NCBI GenBank assembly: GCA_046335555.1
Contig: JBKDHA010000023.1
Coordinates: 1,153-65,152 of the forward strand
Reading direction: 5' to 3'
DNA: 64,000 nt
Source of the DNA: Bacteroidota bacterium
GTDB lineage: Bacteria > Bacteroidota > Bacteroidia > Palsa-965
In this document: positions 19,032 through 27,634 of the stretch, in pieces
How positions within the stretch are numbered: the first letter of the stretch is position 1
How the letters are laid out: each line of letters starts with the position of its first letter
Made by a program: the position numbers and the translations under genes
The notes under the pieces: model-generated
Seen by the model: only the letters and a program-made list of their open reading frames with translations
Databases searched by the model: none
Told to the model about the DNA's origin: nothing

Positions 19032-19634
19032 TTATTTCTCTTTTCGCTGATACTGATTCGCCCGCACATTTTTTGCCGCCAGCTCAACGGTTTCATTAAT
19101 TCTTTTCAGCTTCGTTTCTTCGCGTTTGGCATTCATAATCCATTCAAGAATACCGCGTTTTACGGAGCGCGGAAAGGCGTCAAAATAGTCTTTGGCTATT
19201 TTGTTTTTGTTCAGTGCTGCTTCAAGTTCGGCGGGTAATTCAAGCTCTTCAACTTTGTCGAGTGCTGTCCAAGTGCCTGTTTTTTTCGCCAGTTCAATCA
19301 TGGCTAAACCGGCCGGAGCCATTTTGTTTTCGCTGAGCAGGTGTTCTACTTTGGCTTTATTTACTTTACTCCAATTGCTTTTCGGATTGCGCTTTGCGAA
19401 ATACTGATAATAACTTTCTGCATCACGCTTATTGATTTTACTGTCGATCCAGCCAAAGCAAATCGCTTCGTCAACGGCTTCGCTGTAATAAACACTGGGA
19501 ACTCCGCTTTCTTTACGGTAAATAATCAGAAACAAAGATTCTTCTTTCGCGTGATTTTTTGCTAACCATTTTCGCCATTCTTCTGCCGATTTAAAATGAA
19601 TGGCTGCATAGCCGAGATGTTTTTCAGCAGTCAT
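19032..19634 (-). CDS. YdeI/OmpD-associated family protein (paralog 1)
   Basis: 200 aa. The pattern FKSAEEWRKWLAKNH...FGWIDSK...PAGLAMIELAKKTGTWTALD is typical of the YdeI/OmdA family as I recall it. Confidence 0.55.
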   Translation of the reverse strand: MTAEKHLGYAAIHFKSAEEWRKWLAKNHAKEESLFLIIYRKESGVPSVYYSEAVDEAICFGWIDSKINKRDAESYYQYFAKRNPKSNWSKVNKAKVEHLLSENKMAPAGLAMIELAKKTGTWTALDKVEELELPAELEAALNKNKIAKDYFDAFPRSVKRGILEWIMNAKREETKLKRINETVELAAKNVRANQYQRKEK

Positions 19635-19693
19635 GGTAATTTATCGTTAAGCACAATTGGAACAGTTCAAATTAAGAATATGTTTTTATTGTT

Positions 19694-20296
19694 TCAAATT
19701 CCCTTCGGTTGGGGATGATTCGCCCGCACATTTTTTGCTGCAAGTTCAACGGTTTCAGCTATCCGTTTCTGTCGTGTTTCCGGGCGTTTGGCATTCAAAA
19801 TCCAATGCAGAATCAAGCGTTTCGCCGATTTGGGAAACGCATTAAAATTATCGCTGGCTTTTTTATTTTTCTTTAGTGCTGCAATAAAATCATCAGGCAA
19901 TTCCAGCGAATCTACTTTGTCGAGTGCTGTCCATGTACCCGTTTGCTGTGCAAGCTCAATCATGGCTAAACCAGCAGGAGTAATTTTACCGTCCTGCATC
20001 AAACGCGCTACGTTTTCCCTGTTTATTTTACTCCAATGGCTTTTGGGTTTGCGCGGCGAAATGTATTGATAGAAACTTTCGTGGTTGCGACTAACTCTTT
20101 TTCCATCTATCCAGCCAAAACAAATCACCTCATCTACCACTTCATTCCAATACACAGTTTTCACGTCCGAATCTTTTCGGTAAATAATCAGAAAGATTGG
20201 AGTGGACTGTGCGTGGTTCTTTTCCAGCCATTTTCGTAATTCGGCTGCCGATTTGAAATAAATTGCCGGATAACCGAGATGTTGTTCTGTCGCCAT
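19694..20296 (-). CDS. YdeI/OmpD-associated family protein (paralog 2, tandem duplicate)
   Basis: 200 aa, roughly 55% identical to the adjacent paralog and fully colinear with it. Confidence 0.55.
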   Translation of the reverse strand: MATEQHLGYPAIYFKSAAELRKWLEKNHAQSTPIFLIIYRKDSDVKTVYWNEVVDEVICFGWIDGKRVSRNHESFYQYISPRKPKSHWSKINRENVARLMQDGKITPAGLAMIELAQQTGTWTALDKVDSLELPDDFIAALKKNKKASDNFNAFPKSAKRLILHWILNAKRPETRQKRIAETVELAAKNVRANHPQPKGI

Positions 20297-20302
20297 TTCC
20301 GG

Positions 20303-21796
20303 TTAAATAGCGTACAGTTTTCTGTACTTCTTTCGGGCATATTCCATGAAATACCGGAACGAAAGCGGTTCGCCGGTAACCCGCTCGCAAAGCTCGCTTG
20401 CCGTGTAGCGTTTGCCGTGGTGGTGAATGTTTTCGCGCAGCCAGTTCAGCAACTCATGCAGTTCACCGCGTTCTATTTTTGCTTCGAGATCTGCAATTTG
20501 ATTTTCGGCTGCTGCATAGAATTGTGCGGCATAAAAACTGCCAATTGAGTAGGTGGGGAAATAACCAAAACTTCCGTGCGACCAATGTATATCCTGCAAA
20601 CATCCTGCTCCGGCATTCGGAACTTCGAGGCCAAGGTACTCGCGGATGCGACCGTTCCAGAACTCCGGAACATCATGCACATTCAGGCTGCCTTCAATCA
20701 ATGCTTTTTCGGTTTCAAAGCGCACCATGATGTGAAAATGGTAGGTAAGTTCATCGGCCATGATGCGCACAAGTGATGGCCGCACAACATTCAATGCTTT
20801 GAAAAAATCGGTTGCTGTTGCATTTACAAATTGCTCGGGAAATGCTTCGCGGAGTTTGGGTAAAACGGCTTTTGAAAATGCTTCGCTGCGGCCTACATTA
20901 TTTTCCCAAAGCCGCGACTGCGATTCGTGAATGCCCAGCGAAACATATTCGCCCGAAGGAAGTCCATATTCGCCTGCCTGCAAACCTTGCTCGTAAAGCG
21001 CATGCCCGCCTTCGTGAATAGTTCCGGTGAACATATCCGAAAGATTATGCTCATCAATTTTTGTGGTCACACGAACATCGCTTGCGCCAAAATTGATGGT
21101 AAACGGATGCAATGAAATATCCTGCCTGCCGGTTTCAAAATCAAAACCAATCATGCGCAGCAAGGTTTCGCTCATTGCAAACTGTTTGTCTTTCGGGAAA
21201 TGCTGAAGAATCAGCGCATCCGAATTCTCAGGCTGCTGTGCAATTTGTTTTACAAAAGGAACAAGTTCGGTGCGCACATCAGCAAACAGTTTTTCTACTT
21301 CTGCCGTGGTGAGTCCGGGTTCAAACTCGTCAAGCAAAGCATCGTAAGGATGTGCAGTATAGCCGAGCAATTCACACTCTTCGCGTTTGAGGGTAATTAA
21401 TTTTTCGAGATGCGGTGCAAACGCGGCGAAATCTCCTGCGGGTTTGGCTTGCTGCCATGCGCTGACTGACTCAGAAACAGTGCGGCTCATGTTCATCACA
21501 AACTCACGCGGGTATTTCAATGCGCGTTTGTATTGTTTGTGAACATATTTAACGTTTATGCGCTGAACTTCGTTGAGTGATGTATCGGCAATCAATTCAT
21601 CGAGCAGCGATCCTAGTTTTGGGTTTGTGCTTTTTTCATGTACGATGCCGGCGAGCGTAGCGAGCTGGCGCGCGCGGTGCGCAGCACCGCCGCGGGGCAT
21701 ATAGGTTTCCTGATCCCAGCTGAGCACTGCCGATGAGTAGGCAATATCAGATATAGACTGAACTTCGGTTACAAATTCTTCGTAGCGTGATGCCAT
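20303..21796 (-). CDS. Carboxypeptidase Taq-type metallopeptidase (M32 family)
   Basis: HEGGHALYEQG zinc-binding motif, a length of 497 aa, and DIHWSHGSFGYFPTY near the C terminus, typical of M32. Confidence 0.85.
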   Translation of the reverse strand: MASRYEEFVTEVQSISDIAYSSAVLSWDQETYMPRGGAAHRARQLATLAGIVHEKSTNPKLGSLLDELIADTSLNEVQRINVKYVHKQYKRALKYPREFVMNMSRTVSESVSAWQQAKPAGDFAAFAPHLEKLITLKREECELLGYTAHPYDALLDEFEPGLTTAEVEKLFADVRTELVPFVKQIAQQPENSDALILQHFPKDKQFAMSETLLRMIGFDFETGRQDISLHPFTINFGASDVRVTTKIDEHNLSDMFTGTIHEGGHALYEQGLQAGEYGLPSGEYVSLGIHESQSRLWENNVGRSEAFSKAVLPKLREAFPEQFVNATATDFFKALNVVRPSLVRIMADELTYHFHIMVRFETEKALIEGSLNVHDVPEFWNGRIREYLGLEVPNAGAGCLQDIHWSHGSFGYFPTYSIGSFYAAQFYAAAENQIADLEAKIERGELHELLNWLRENIHHHGKRYTASELCERVTGEPLSFRYFMEYARKKYRKLYAI

Positions 21797-21809
21797 GGTA
21801 ATAGTGCGA

Positions 21810-22223
21810 TCAGGAATTAACAGATGAACGTTTCAGTGATGCGAATGCAAGCAGTACCCATCCGGCAATAAAAAATAAACCACCGAGCGGAGTAACAGGC
21901 CCGAGCCAGCGCCAGTTGTCGAGACCAATAACCTGTGCAGTACTAAGCAGATAAAGCGAGCCGCAGAAGAATAAAATACCTAATGCAAAACACCATGCTG
22001 CTGCATTGAGAAAGCGCGCCGGTTTCAATTTCATGAGCACTGCAACTAATAAAATGCCCAGCGCATGATACATCTGATAGCGCGAAGCAGTATCGAAATT
22101 ATGCAGTTGCGATTCAGTCATCAATCCCTGATCGACATAGCTTTTCAGTCCGTGAGCAGCAAATGCGCCAAGTGCAACGGAAAGTGCAGCCAGCAGCGCA
22201 CCTTTCAGCATCCAGTTTAATTT
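21810..22223 (-). CDS. DUF423 family small membrane protein
   Basis: MKLNWMLKGALLAALSVALGAFAAHGL... four-TM protein. The ORF extends to 22283, but that N-terminal extension would overlap the yceI terminator hairpin, so the internal Met was chosen. Confidence 0.65.
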   Translation of the reverse strand, partial: KLNWMLKGALLAALSVALGAFAAHGLKSYVDQGLMTESQLHNFDTASRYQMYHALGILLVAVLMKLKPARFLNAAAWCFALGILFFCGSLYLLSTAQVIGLDNWRWLGPVTPLGGLFFIAGWVLLAFASLKRSSVNS

Positions 22224-22261
22224 CATGCCGCAAAGATAGCCGCAATGGGGTTTCAGCAGCA

Positions 22262-22297
22262 CATAAAAAAGCCCGGATACCAATATTGGTTCCGGGT
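22262..22297 (-). terminator. Rho-independent terminator downstream of yceI
   Basis: CCCGGATACC-AATATT-GGTTCCGGG hairpin with an A6 run on the + strand (T-run on the minus strand) and also TCTTTT on the + side. It is probably bidirectional. Confidence 0.6.
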
Positions 22298-22316
22298 CTT
22301 TTCAATTAAATTCTAA

Positions 22317-22841
22317 TTAAGCCTGACGTGCAAACTGAAGCTCGGCGCTGAGTTTTACTTCTTCGCTTACCAATACGCCGCCGCTTTCGAGAGCAGCATT
22401 CCATGTAAGACCAAAATCGGTACGATTAATTTTTCCGGAAACTGAAAAACCTGCTTTTTCGTTGCCCCAGGGATCTTTATTTGTACCTGAAAATTCAACA
22501 TCAAGTGTTACCGGTTTGGTGATATCGCGGATAGTAAGATTGCCGGTAATTTTTCCTTCGGCAGCATTGTAAGCATCGCTCACAAAACTGATTGCAGGAT
22601 AAGCTGCACTGTCGAAAAACTCAGGGCTTTTCAGGTGTCCGTCGCGCTGTTCGTTGCCGGTGGCTATTGAGTTCATATCGGCAGTAAAGTTTACCCGTGC
22701 ACCATTGAAATTTGCATCTGTAGTTTCAACTTCGCCCGAAAGCACACCCATGCTGCCGGTTACATTGGTGATCATCAGGTGTTTTACTTTGAACTGAAGT
22801 TCGCTGTGTGTGGGATCAAGTGCCCATTTTGTTGTTGACAT
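22317..22841 (-). CDS. YceI-family polyisoprenoid-binding protein
   Basis: WALDPTHSELQFKVKHLMITNVTG... start, typical of YceI-like proteins. 174 aa. Confidence 0.8.
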   Translation of the reverse strand: MSTTKWALDPTHSELQFKVKHLMITNVTGSMGVLSGEVETTDANFNGARVNFTADMNSIATGNEQRDGHLKSPEFFDSAAYPAISFVSDAYNAAEGKITGNLTIRDITKPVTLDVEFSGTNKDPWGNEKAGFSVSGKINRTDFGLTWNAALESGGVLVSEEVKLSAELQFARQA

Positions 22842-23043
22842 GGTCTATGTTTTTTTGGTTGAATGCAATGTATCTGATCCAAAGGTAGTAATTTATATGT
22901 ATGTACATATATGTATGTGTAAATAAATCATAAATTATTGTTAATCAAAGATTAAAATTTGTTTCTGATGATTCGGGATAATGAATGCTTTCGGTCTGTT
23001 TCTTCCGATTTTGAAGTTGTACCTTTGCGCCCTATTCAGTTTT

Positions 23044-24369
23044 ATGAAGCACATTCTAATTATCGGAGCCGGACGTTCATCGTCGTCGCTTATCACTTAT
23101 TTACTTAAACATGCTGCTGCCGAAAACTGGCAGGTTCGCGTTGGGGATATGAATGCGGCAGAGGCTGCGCGAAAAGTAAACGGCAATGCACGCGGTACGG
23201 CTTTCGCATTTGATATAAATAATGAAACACAACGCGAGGCAGAAATTTCGGCGGCTGATGTGGTTGTGTCTATGCTTCCCGCATTTATGCACGGTGCAGT
23301 TGCACGCGATTGTGTGCGGTTAGGCAAGCACCTTGTTACCGCTTCGTATGTTTCAGACGAAATGCGCGCACTTGATGCCGAGGCCAAAGCAAAAGGCATT
23401 CTGCTGCTCAACGAAATCGGTCTTGATCCGGGTATTGATCACATGTCGGCCATGCAGGTAATTGACCGCATCAAAGCTGCAGGCGGCGAACTCACTGCTT
23501 TTTATTCGTACTGCGGCGGATTAGTTGCACCTGAATCGAACGATAATCCCTGGGGCTATAAGTTTTCGTGGAATCCGCGCAATGTAATTCTGGCCGGACA
23601 AGGCACCGCGCAGTACATTGAGAACGGGAAGTACAAATATCTTCCCTACAGCCGTGTTTACAGTAATGCTGCAAGCATTGAAGTTGAAGGCTGGGGAAGT
23701 TTTGATGCGTATGCTAACCGCGATTCGCTTTCGTACCGCAGCGTTTACGGTATCGAAAACATTCCCACCATGCTGCGCGGCACGTTGCGTATGCCCGGCT
23801 ACTGCAAAGCATGGAATGTTTTTGTGCAGCTTGGATTAACAGATGATACCTGGAAGATTCACAATGCCTCTGAGTTGAGTTATGCTGAGTTGGTTGAATC
23901 GTTTTTGCCAGCCAGAAACGGAACTGTAAAACAACGATTAGCTGCATTTATGAATGTGCCTGAAACCAGCGCAGAAATTGAGTTGGTTGAATGGACAGGC
24001 ATTCTGAGTGATGCAAAAATTCCGATGAACGAGGGAAGTCCGGCACAAATTCTTCAGCAACTTCTCGAAACCAAATGGGTGCTGCGCGCCGGAGATAAAG
24101 ACATGATTGTGATGCAGCATATTTTTGAATATCTGCAAAACGGACAGCCGCACCGCATCACTTCATCGCTTGTAGTTAAAGGTGATGATGAAGTGCATAC
24201 TGCAATGGCAAAAACGGTTGGACTTCCGGCTGCAATGGCAGTGCGGCGTTTGCTGCGCGGCGAGCTGAATCGCACGGGTGTTTGCGTTCCGGTTTCGGCC
24301 GATATTTATGAGCCTGTTTTAGCCGAACTGGAAACCGAAGGCATACGGTTTACTGAGAAAGAAGGGTAG
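23044..24369 (+). CDS. Saccharopine dehydrogenase family oxidoreductase
   Basis: MKHILIIGAGRSSSS Rossmann motif and overall saccharopine-dehydrogenase-like sequence. Start chosen at an internal Met of the 22981 ORF. Confidence 0.75.
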   Translation: MKHILIIGAGRSSSSLITYLLKHAAAENWQVRVGDMNAAEAARKVNGNARGTAFAFDINNETQREAEISAADVVVSMLPAFMHGAVARDCVRLGKHLVTASYVSDEMRALDAEAKAKGILLLNEIGLDPGIDHMSAMQVIDRIKAAGGELTAFYSYCGGLVAPESNDNPWGYKFSWNPRNVILAGQGTAQYIENGKYKYLPYSRVYSNAASIEVEGWGSFDAYANRDSLSYRSVYGIENIPTMLRGTLRMPGYCKAWNVFVQLGLTDDTWKIHNASELSYAELVESFLPARNGTVKQRLAAFMNVPETSAEIELVEWTGILSDAKIPMNEGSPAQILQQLLETKWVLRAGDKDMIVMQHIFEYLQNGQPHRITSSLVVKGDDEVHTAMAKTVGLPAAMAVRRLLRGELNRTGVCVPVSADIYEPVLAELETEGIRFTEKEG

Positions 24370-24423
24370 ATGCGGGAAACAAAAAAGCCACATCAACTGA
24401 TATGGCTTTTACTAAGAGATGCC

Positions 24424-24912
24424 TTAACGTTTTGGCGTTGTAGTTTGTGCCGGTTTCTGAGCGGGGGGCACTGTAGTTGCCGGGGGCTGAGTAGTCGGAG
24501 TCGCTTTTTGTGCTGTTCCGCTGCCTTGTGTTCCGGGCTCATCAACTGAAATGGAGCCTGCGGGGGCGGGGGGAGCAGGAGCGCTTGATTCTGCCGGAGC
24601 CTGATCGGCTTTTGAAGCAGGTTTTCCGGCACTGGCTTTTGAAGCCGAAGCACCTTTGCCTCTTGCTTTTTGTTTTTTCTTGGGCTTATTGGGCGGAATA
24701 GTATCGGATGCTGATTTGCTTTTTGAACCCTGTGTGCCGGTTTCATCAACCGAAATCTGTGCTTTGCCGTCTTTACCTCCGCCGCCACGTTGTGTTGAGG
24801 CTTTTTCGGTTTTCTTCTTCTCGGCCTCTTTTGCTTTGTCGTTCTGAGCAGCTGCAGATGTGGCTATGCCCATTCCGGCAAGAAGTAAAATAAGGGAAAG
24901 CAGATTTTTCAT
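24424..24912 (-). CDS. Secreted low-complexity Pro/Ala/Lys-rich protein with an internal 11-aa repeat
   Basis: Signal peptide MKNLLSLILLLAGMGIATSAAAQ, then Lys/Ala/Pro/Thr-rich sequence with ISVDETGTQGS and ISVDEPGTQGS repeats. Confidence 0.5.
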   Translation of the reverse strand: MKNLLSLILLLAGMGIATSAAAQNDKAKEAEKKKTEKASTQRGGGGKDGKAQISVDETGTQGSKSKSASDTIPPNKPKKKQKARGKGASASKASAGKPASKADQAPAESSAPAPPAPAGSISVDEPGTQGSGTAQKATPTTQPPATTVPPAQKPAQTTTPKR

Positions 24913-25130
24913 GTTGTGGCTTTTTGGAAGTCGTATTCTGGTCATAACAAATATAATGCCGGGCGGTCAATACCACAACAAACTGCACAACAAATTGCTG
25001 TGCAACAATTTTCAACGTTTAATCGTTCAATAAACAGTTACCCCGATATACCCCGTAATCTGTTTCGGTATGTATATTGCAGAAAATCAATTAGCATCAA
25101 TATTGATGTGTTGTTAAGTTTATTTCAATT

Positions 25131-25838
25131 ATGACAAACGAAGAAAGAATCAGAAAAGCTTTTGCTGAAAAAGACTGGCATGAAATCAAATCCGGCGACT
25201 CGTGGCTCATTTTTAAAATCATGTCGGAGTTTGTTGAAGGCTTCGAGAAAATGTCGCGCATTGGTCCGTGTGTATCTATATTCGGATCTGCCCGCACAAA
25301 GACCGATAATCCGTATTACAAATTAGCCGAAGAAATTGCAGAGAAACTTTGCCGCGAAGGTTATGGTGTAATTACCGGCGGCGGTCCCGGCATTATGGAA
25401 GCAGCTAACAAAGGTGCAAAAGCCGGAGGCGGAAAATCTGTAGGGCTTAATATACGTTTGCCTTTCGAGCAGTCGGGCAATATTTATGTTGATCCCGACA
25501 AGAGCATCAATTTCGATTACTTCTTTGTGCGTAAAACCATCTTCCTGAAATATTCGCAGGGATTTATTGGTATGCCCGGCGGTTTCGGCACACTCGATGA
25601 GTTGTTTGAAGCACTTACTTTAGTGCAAACTTCAAAAATTGCCAATTTCCCGGTTGTGCTTGTTGGTTCCGATTACTGGAGCGGATTGGTGAACTGGATA
25701 CGTGAAACATTGCTGGAACGTGAGCACAATATAAATGCCGCCGATCTGAATCTTTTTCATGTTGTGGATACAGCTGATGAGGCGGTACACATCATCAATA
25801 GTTTCTACGAGCGGTATTTGCTGAAACCGAACTTTTAA
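25131..25838 (+). CDS. LOG-family protein (TIGR00730 Rossmann-fold nucleotide-binding / cytokinin riboside 5'-monophosphate phosphoribohydrolase-like)
   Basis: GGGPGIMEAANKGA and PGGFGTLDELFE motifs. Confidence 0.85.
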   Translation: MTNEERIRKAFAEKDWHEIKSGDSWLIFKIMSEFVEGFEKMSRIGPCVSIFGSARTKTDNPYYKLAEEIAEKLCREGYGVITGGGPGIMEAANKGAKAGGGKSVGLNIRLPFEQSGNIYVDPDKSINFDYFFVRKTIFLKYSQGFIGMPGGFGTLDELFEALTLVQTSKIANFPVVLVGSDYWSGLVNWIRETLLEREHNINAADLNLFHVVDTADEAVHIINSFYERYLLKPNF

Positions 25839-25857
25839 AGTTGAAAGCATATTCACA

Positions 25858-25893
25858 AGCCCGGCGTTTTACACAACGCCGGGCTTTGCTTTG
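25858..25893 (+). terminator. Rho-independent terminator after the LOG-family gene
   Basis: AGCCCGGCGT-(8-nt loop)-ACGCCGGGCT hairpin followed by TTTGCTTTG. Confidence 0.65.
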
Positions 25894-26172
25894 CACAAAC
25901 AATTGTTAATAACTGCGGTAGTTATTCACAGCTGTTAAAATCATCTCCCGAATACCTGATTGCCCCTATTTTATTGATATTGAGTATTGATCCGTCGTGG
26001 GCGATTAACATTTCCATGTGTATAAGTCCGGACGGTTATTAACAAAGCACACAAGCGTCTGAAATAGATTTGTTCAGCAACGTGTAATCGTTTCAAAAGA
26101 ATCGGAAATGAACTGCAGTTTGACTGTAGCTTATTCTGTTCTGAGTCATGAACACAAACAATTCTATACGCT

Positions 26173-27525
26173 ATGATTCGAGTTCTGCTCATTCTGGTTA
26201 ATGTATTTTTCTTCTGGATGGCCCGCCTTCTTTCGGGCGATCCGTCGGCAGAAATTACAGCACCGGAAACCATTAAATCCGGACAATCATTTACGGTTAA
26301 TGTTCGGATTATGGTAAATGATGCAAAGGATTTTTTGCGCTTTGCGATGACGCTGCCCGAAGGATTTAAGGCAACTGCAGGCAGTAACGACGGCGGTAAG
26401 TTTTTGTTTGAAGAACAGACTGTAAAACTGATCTGGGCGGAACTTAAGGAAGAAGAGATGAATATATCTTTTACCGTTCAGGTGCCCGCTAATGCTTCCG
26501 GCGAATACGCCTTCAGTGCTAAACTTGTGCGTCTTGTTGATAATCTTCCCGAAGAGCTTATCCTGAATCCGCTTAAAGTTAAAGTTGGTGACGGATCTCC
26601 GGTAGCCGTTTTACCTGCTAAAGTTGATACTACATTGCGTCCGGCAGTTCAGGTAAGTGTACTTCGCACAGTTCCCAATTCAGCTGTAACAGGCGAGTTC
26701 TTTGTTGATCTTTCAATTCAAAAAGGTGATCTCCGAACTTTTTTGAAACTTATCGATACAATTCCGCCCGGATGCAATGCCGTTATGGTTCGCGGCGACG
26801 GCAGCAGCGATTTTGAGTGCAAAGATGGTGTAGTTACTTTCCGCTGGTATTCACTTACCGAGCGTCCCAACCTCAGCATACGCTACAAAGTTATTGCCTC
26901 ACCTGATATGGAAGGTACATTCCCGATTAAAGGCATGGTTTCGTATGTAGAAAACGAAAGCGGAAAACTGATTCCGATTCCGGTTTCGGAAGTAACCTTC
27001 AAACCTTCGGCAGCACTTGCCGGAAACGACAACCAGCGTCAGAACGGAAATGACGATGGCTCTAAACCCGCTTTCCAATCGAATTCCGATGCAACAGCCG
27101 ATGCACAAAAGCAGCAGGAAGGCGGTGTAAAAACTACGGCAGTTGTTACATCAGGCAATAACCAAAAAAAGCAGCAAGATGAATCAGCACCTGTTCAAAC
27201 TGCATCGCCCGAAAAAACGGTAACGCCCGCAGCAAACACAGCGGGTGTTTCATACAGTGTGCAAATAGCCGCTATGCAACGCAATGTGCCGGTGAGCTAC
27301 TATGCCGGAACGTACAGCATCTCAGAACCGATCAACCGCGAACAGGTTGACGGCCTCAATAAATATACCACCGGAAAATACACCTCTTACGATGCTGCCC
27401 GTGGCGGACGCGAGCAGTTGCGTGGCAAAGGCGTTCAGGGCGCTTTTGTAACAGCCTACAGCAGCGGCCGGCGCATTACCGTTCAGGAAGCATTAATGAT
27501 TTCTAATCAGAAATGGGTGAAATAG
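26173..27525 (+). CDS. Membrane-anchored protein with duplicated ~130-aa beta-rich domain and C-terminal SPOR domain
   Basis: N-terminal hydrophobic anchor, two related repeats (FTVNVRIMVND...FTVQVPANASGEYAFSAKLV versus FFVDLSIQKGD...YKVIASPDMEGTFPIKGMVSYV), a Gln/Asn-rich linker, and a C-terminal VSYSVQIAAMQ...KYTTGKYTSYDAARGGREQLRGKGVQGAFVTAY region that is SPOR-like. Confidence 0.6.
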   Translation: MIRVLLILVNVFFFWMARLLSGDPSAEITAPETIKSGQSFTVNVRIMVNDAKDFLRFAMTLPEGFKATAGSNDGGKFLFEEQTVKLIWAELKEEEMNISFTVQVPANASGEYAFSAKLVRLVDNLPEELILNPLKVKVGDGSPVAVLPAKVDTTLRPAVQVSVLRTVPNSAVTGEFFVDLSIQKGDLRTFLKLIDTIPPGCNAVMVRGDGSSDFECKDGVVTFRWYSLTERPNLSIRYKVIASPDMEGTFPIKGMVSYVENESGKLIPIPVSEVTFKPSAALAGNDNQRQNGNDDGSKPAFQSNSDATADAQKQQEGGVKTTAVVTSGNNQKKQQDESAPVQTASPEKTVTPAANTAGVSYSVQIAAMQRNVPVSYYAGTYSISEPINREQVDGLNKYTTGKYTSYDAARGGREQLRGKGVQGAFVTAYSSGRRITVQEALMISNQKWVK

Positions 27526-27634
27526 GTTTTTTGTTTGGTTTTGTTTGAATTGCGCCCGGCCTCTGAACAGCCGGGCGTATCTTTTTTTACTGTCGCTCGT
27601 ATAAATGGCGTTAAGTAGTAAAAAACTCAACTAA

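Noticed and set aside
21810-22283. Full-length 157-aa version of the DUF423 ORF starting at 22283
   Set aside because: The N-terminal 20 codons overlap a strong hairpin/T-tract terminator (22262-22297) belonging to yceI. An internal Met at 22223 (MKLNWMLKG...) gives a typical DUF423 start.
25971-26273. 100-aa minus-strand ORF overlapping the start of the 26173 SPOR-protein gene
   Set aside because: It spans an intergenic/promoter region and the 5' end of a better-supported + strand gene. Its composition is low-complexity Arg/Ile-rich.
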